The translations under genes were made by a program, and so were the position numbers. Of a stretch of DNA of 64,000 nt, positions 63,910 to 64,000 are shown in pieces. The notes under the pieces were generated by a model. It was not told the origin of the DNA, did not search any database, and saw only the letters and a list, made by a program, of their open reading frames with translations. The DNA comes from an uncultured candidatus Porisulfidus sp. (GTDB taxonomy: Bacteria; Pseudomonadota; Gammaproteobacteria; Poriferisulfidales; Oxydemutatoraceae), in the NCBI GenBank assembly GCA_965215125.1, contig OZ244052.1, positions 2,016,001 through 2,080,000 of the forward strand, given 5' to 3'. Positions within the stretch are counted from its first letter, which is position 1. Every line of letters starts with the position of its first letter.

Positions 63910-64000
63910 AGAAGTTTCTGCACAAGTATAATTTGGTTTCGTTCAATAAAAGAGGCAAGAGAGATTATAGAAGCCTGGCGAATAGATTATAATGAAGTGC

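Overview
A 64-kb chromosomal segment of a gammaproteobacterium. The gene content and giant GLUG/cadherin-like protein suggest a Chromatiales-like, possibly host-associated lineage (inference only). Housekeeping genes dominate: lptD-surA-pdxA, tRNA-Ser, pstCAB/phoU, sat-cysC/argD/argF, sdhCDAB-sdhE, aceA-icd, alaS-trpF, trpBA-accD-folC-dedD-cvpA-purF, lpxH/ppi, hemA-prfA-prmC, tusA-ilvH-ilvC-pssA. Accessory material is interleaved. (1) A 3012-aa modular secreted protein. (2) A ~3-kb Mu-like prophage remnant splits trpF from trpB. It keeps an intact MuF protein with a PBECR2-like nuclease tail, followed by a ~100-nt structured element with its own predicted antisense promoter, which is a candidate RNA antitoxin. 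(3) An EcoRV-like methyltransferase and a truncated endonuclease sit inside the ilvH-ilvC operon between ~200-bp direct repeats. (4) A decayed folC-dedD-cvpA tandem duplication left two dedD paralogs. (5) Further methyltransferase, AAA-ATPase and HTH genes. Most larger intergenic spaces hold mosaic repeats built from shuffled, nested modules (IS-like ends, GTAG-REPs, CCCCTCC hairpins, GAACCGCCGATT hairpins). Core genes appear rich in CCGG/CCGA/TCGG, and decaying duplicates gain these motifs. All calls come from reading the sequence by eye; no searches were run.
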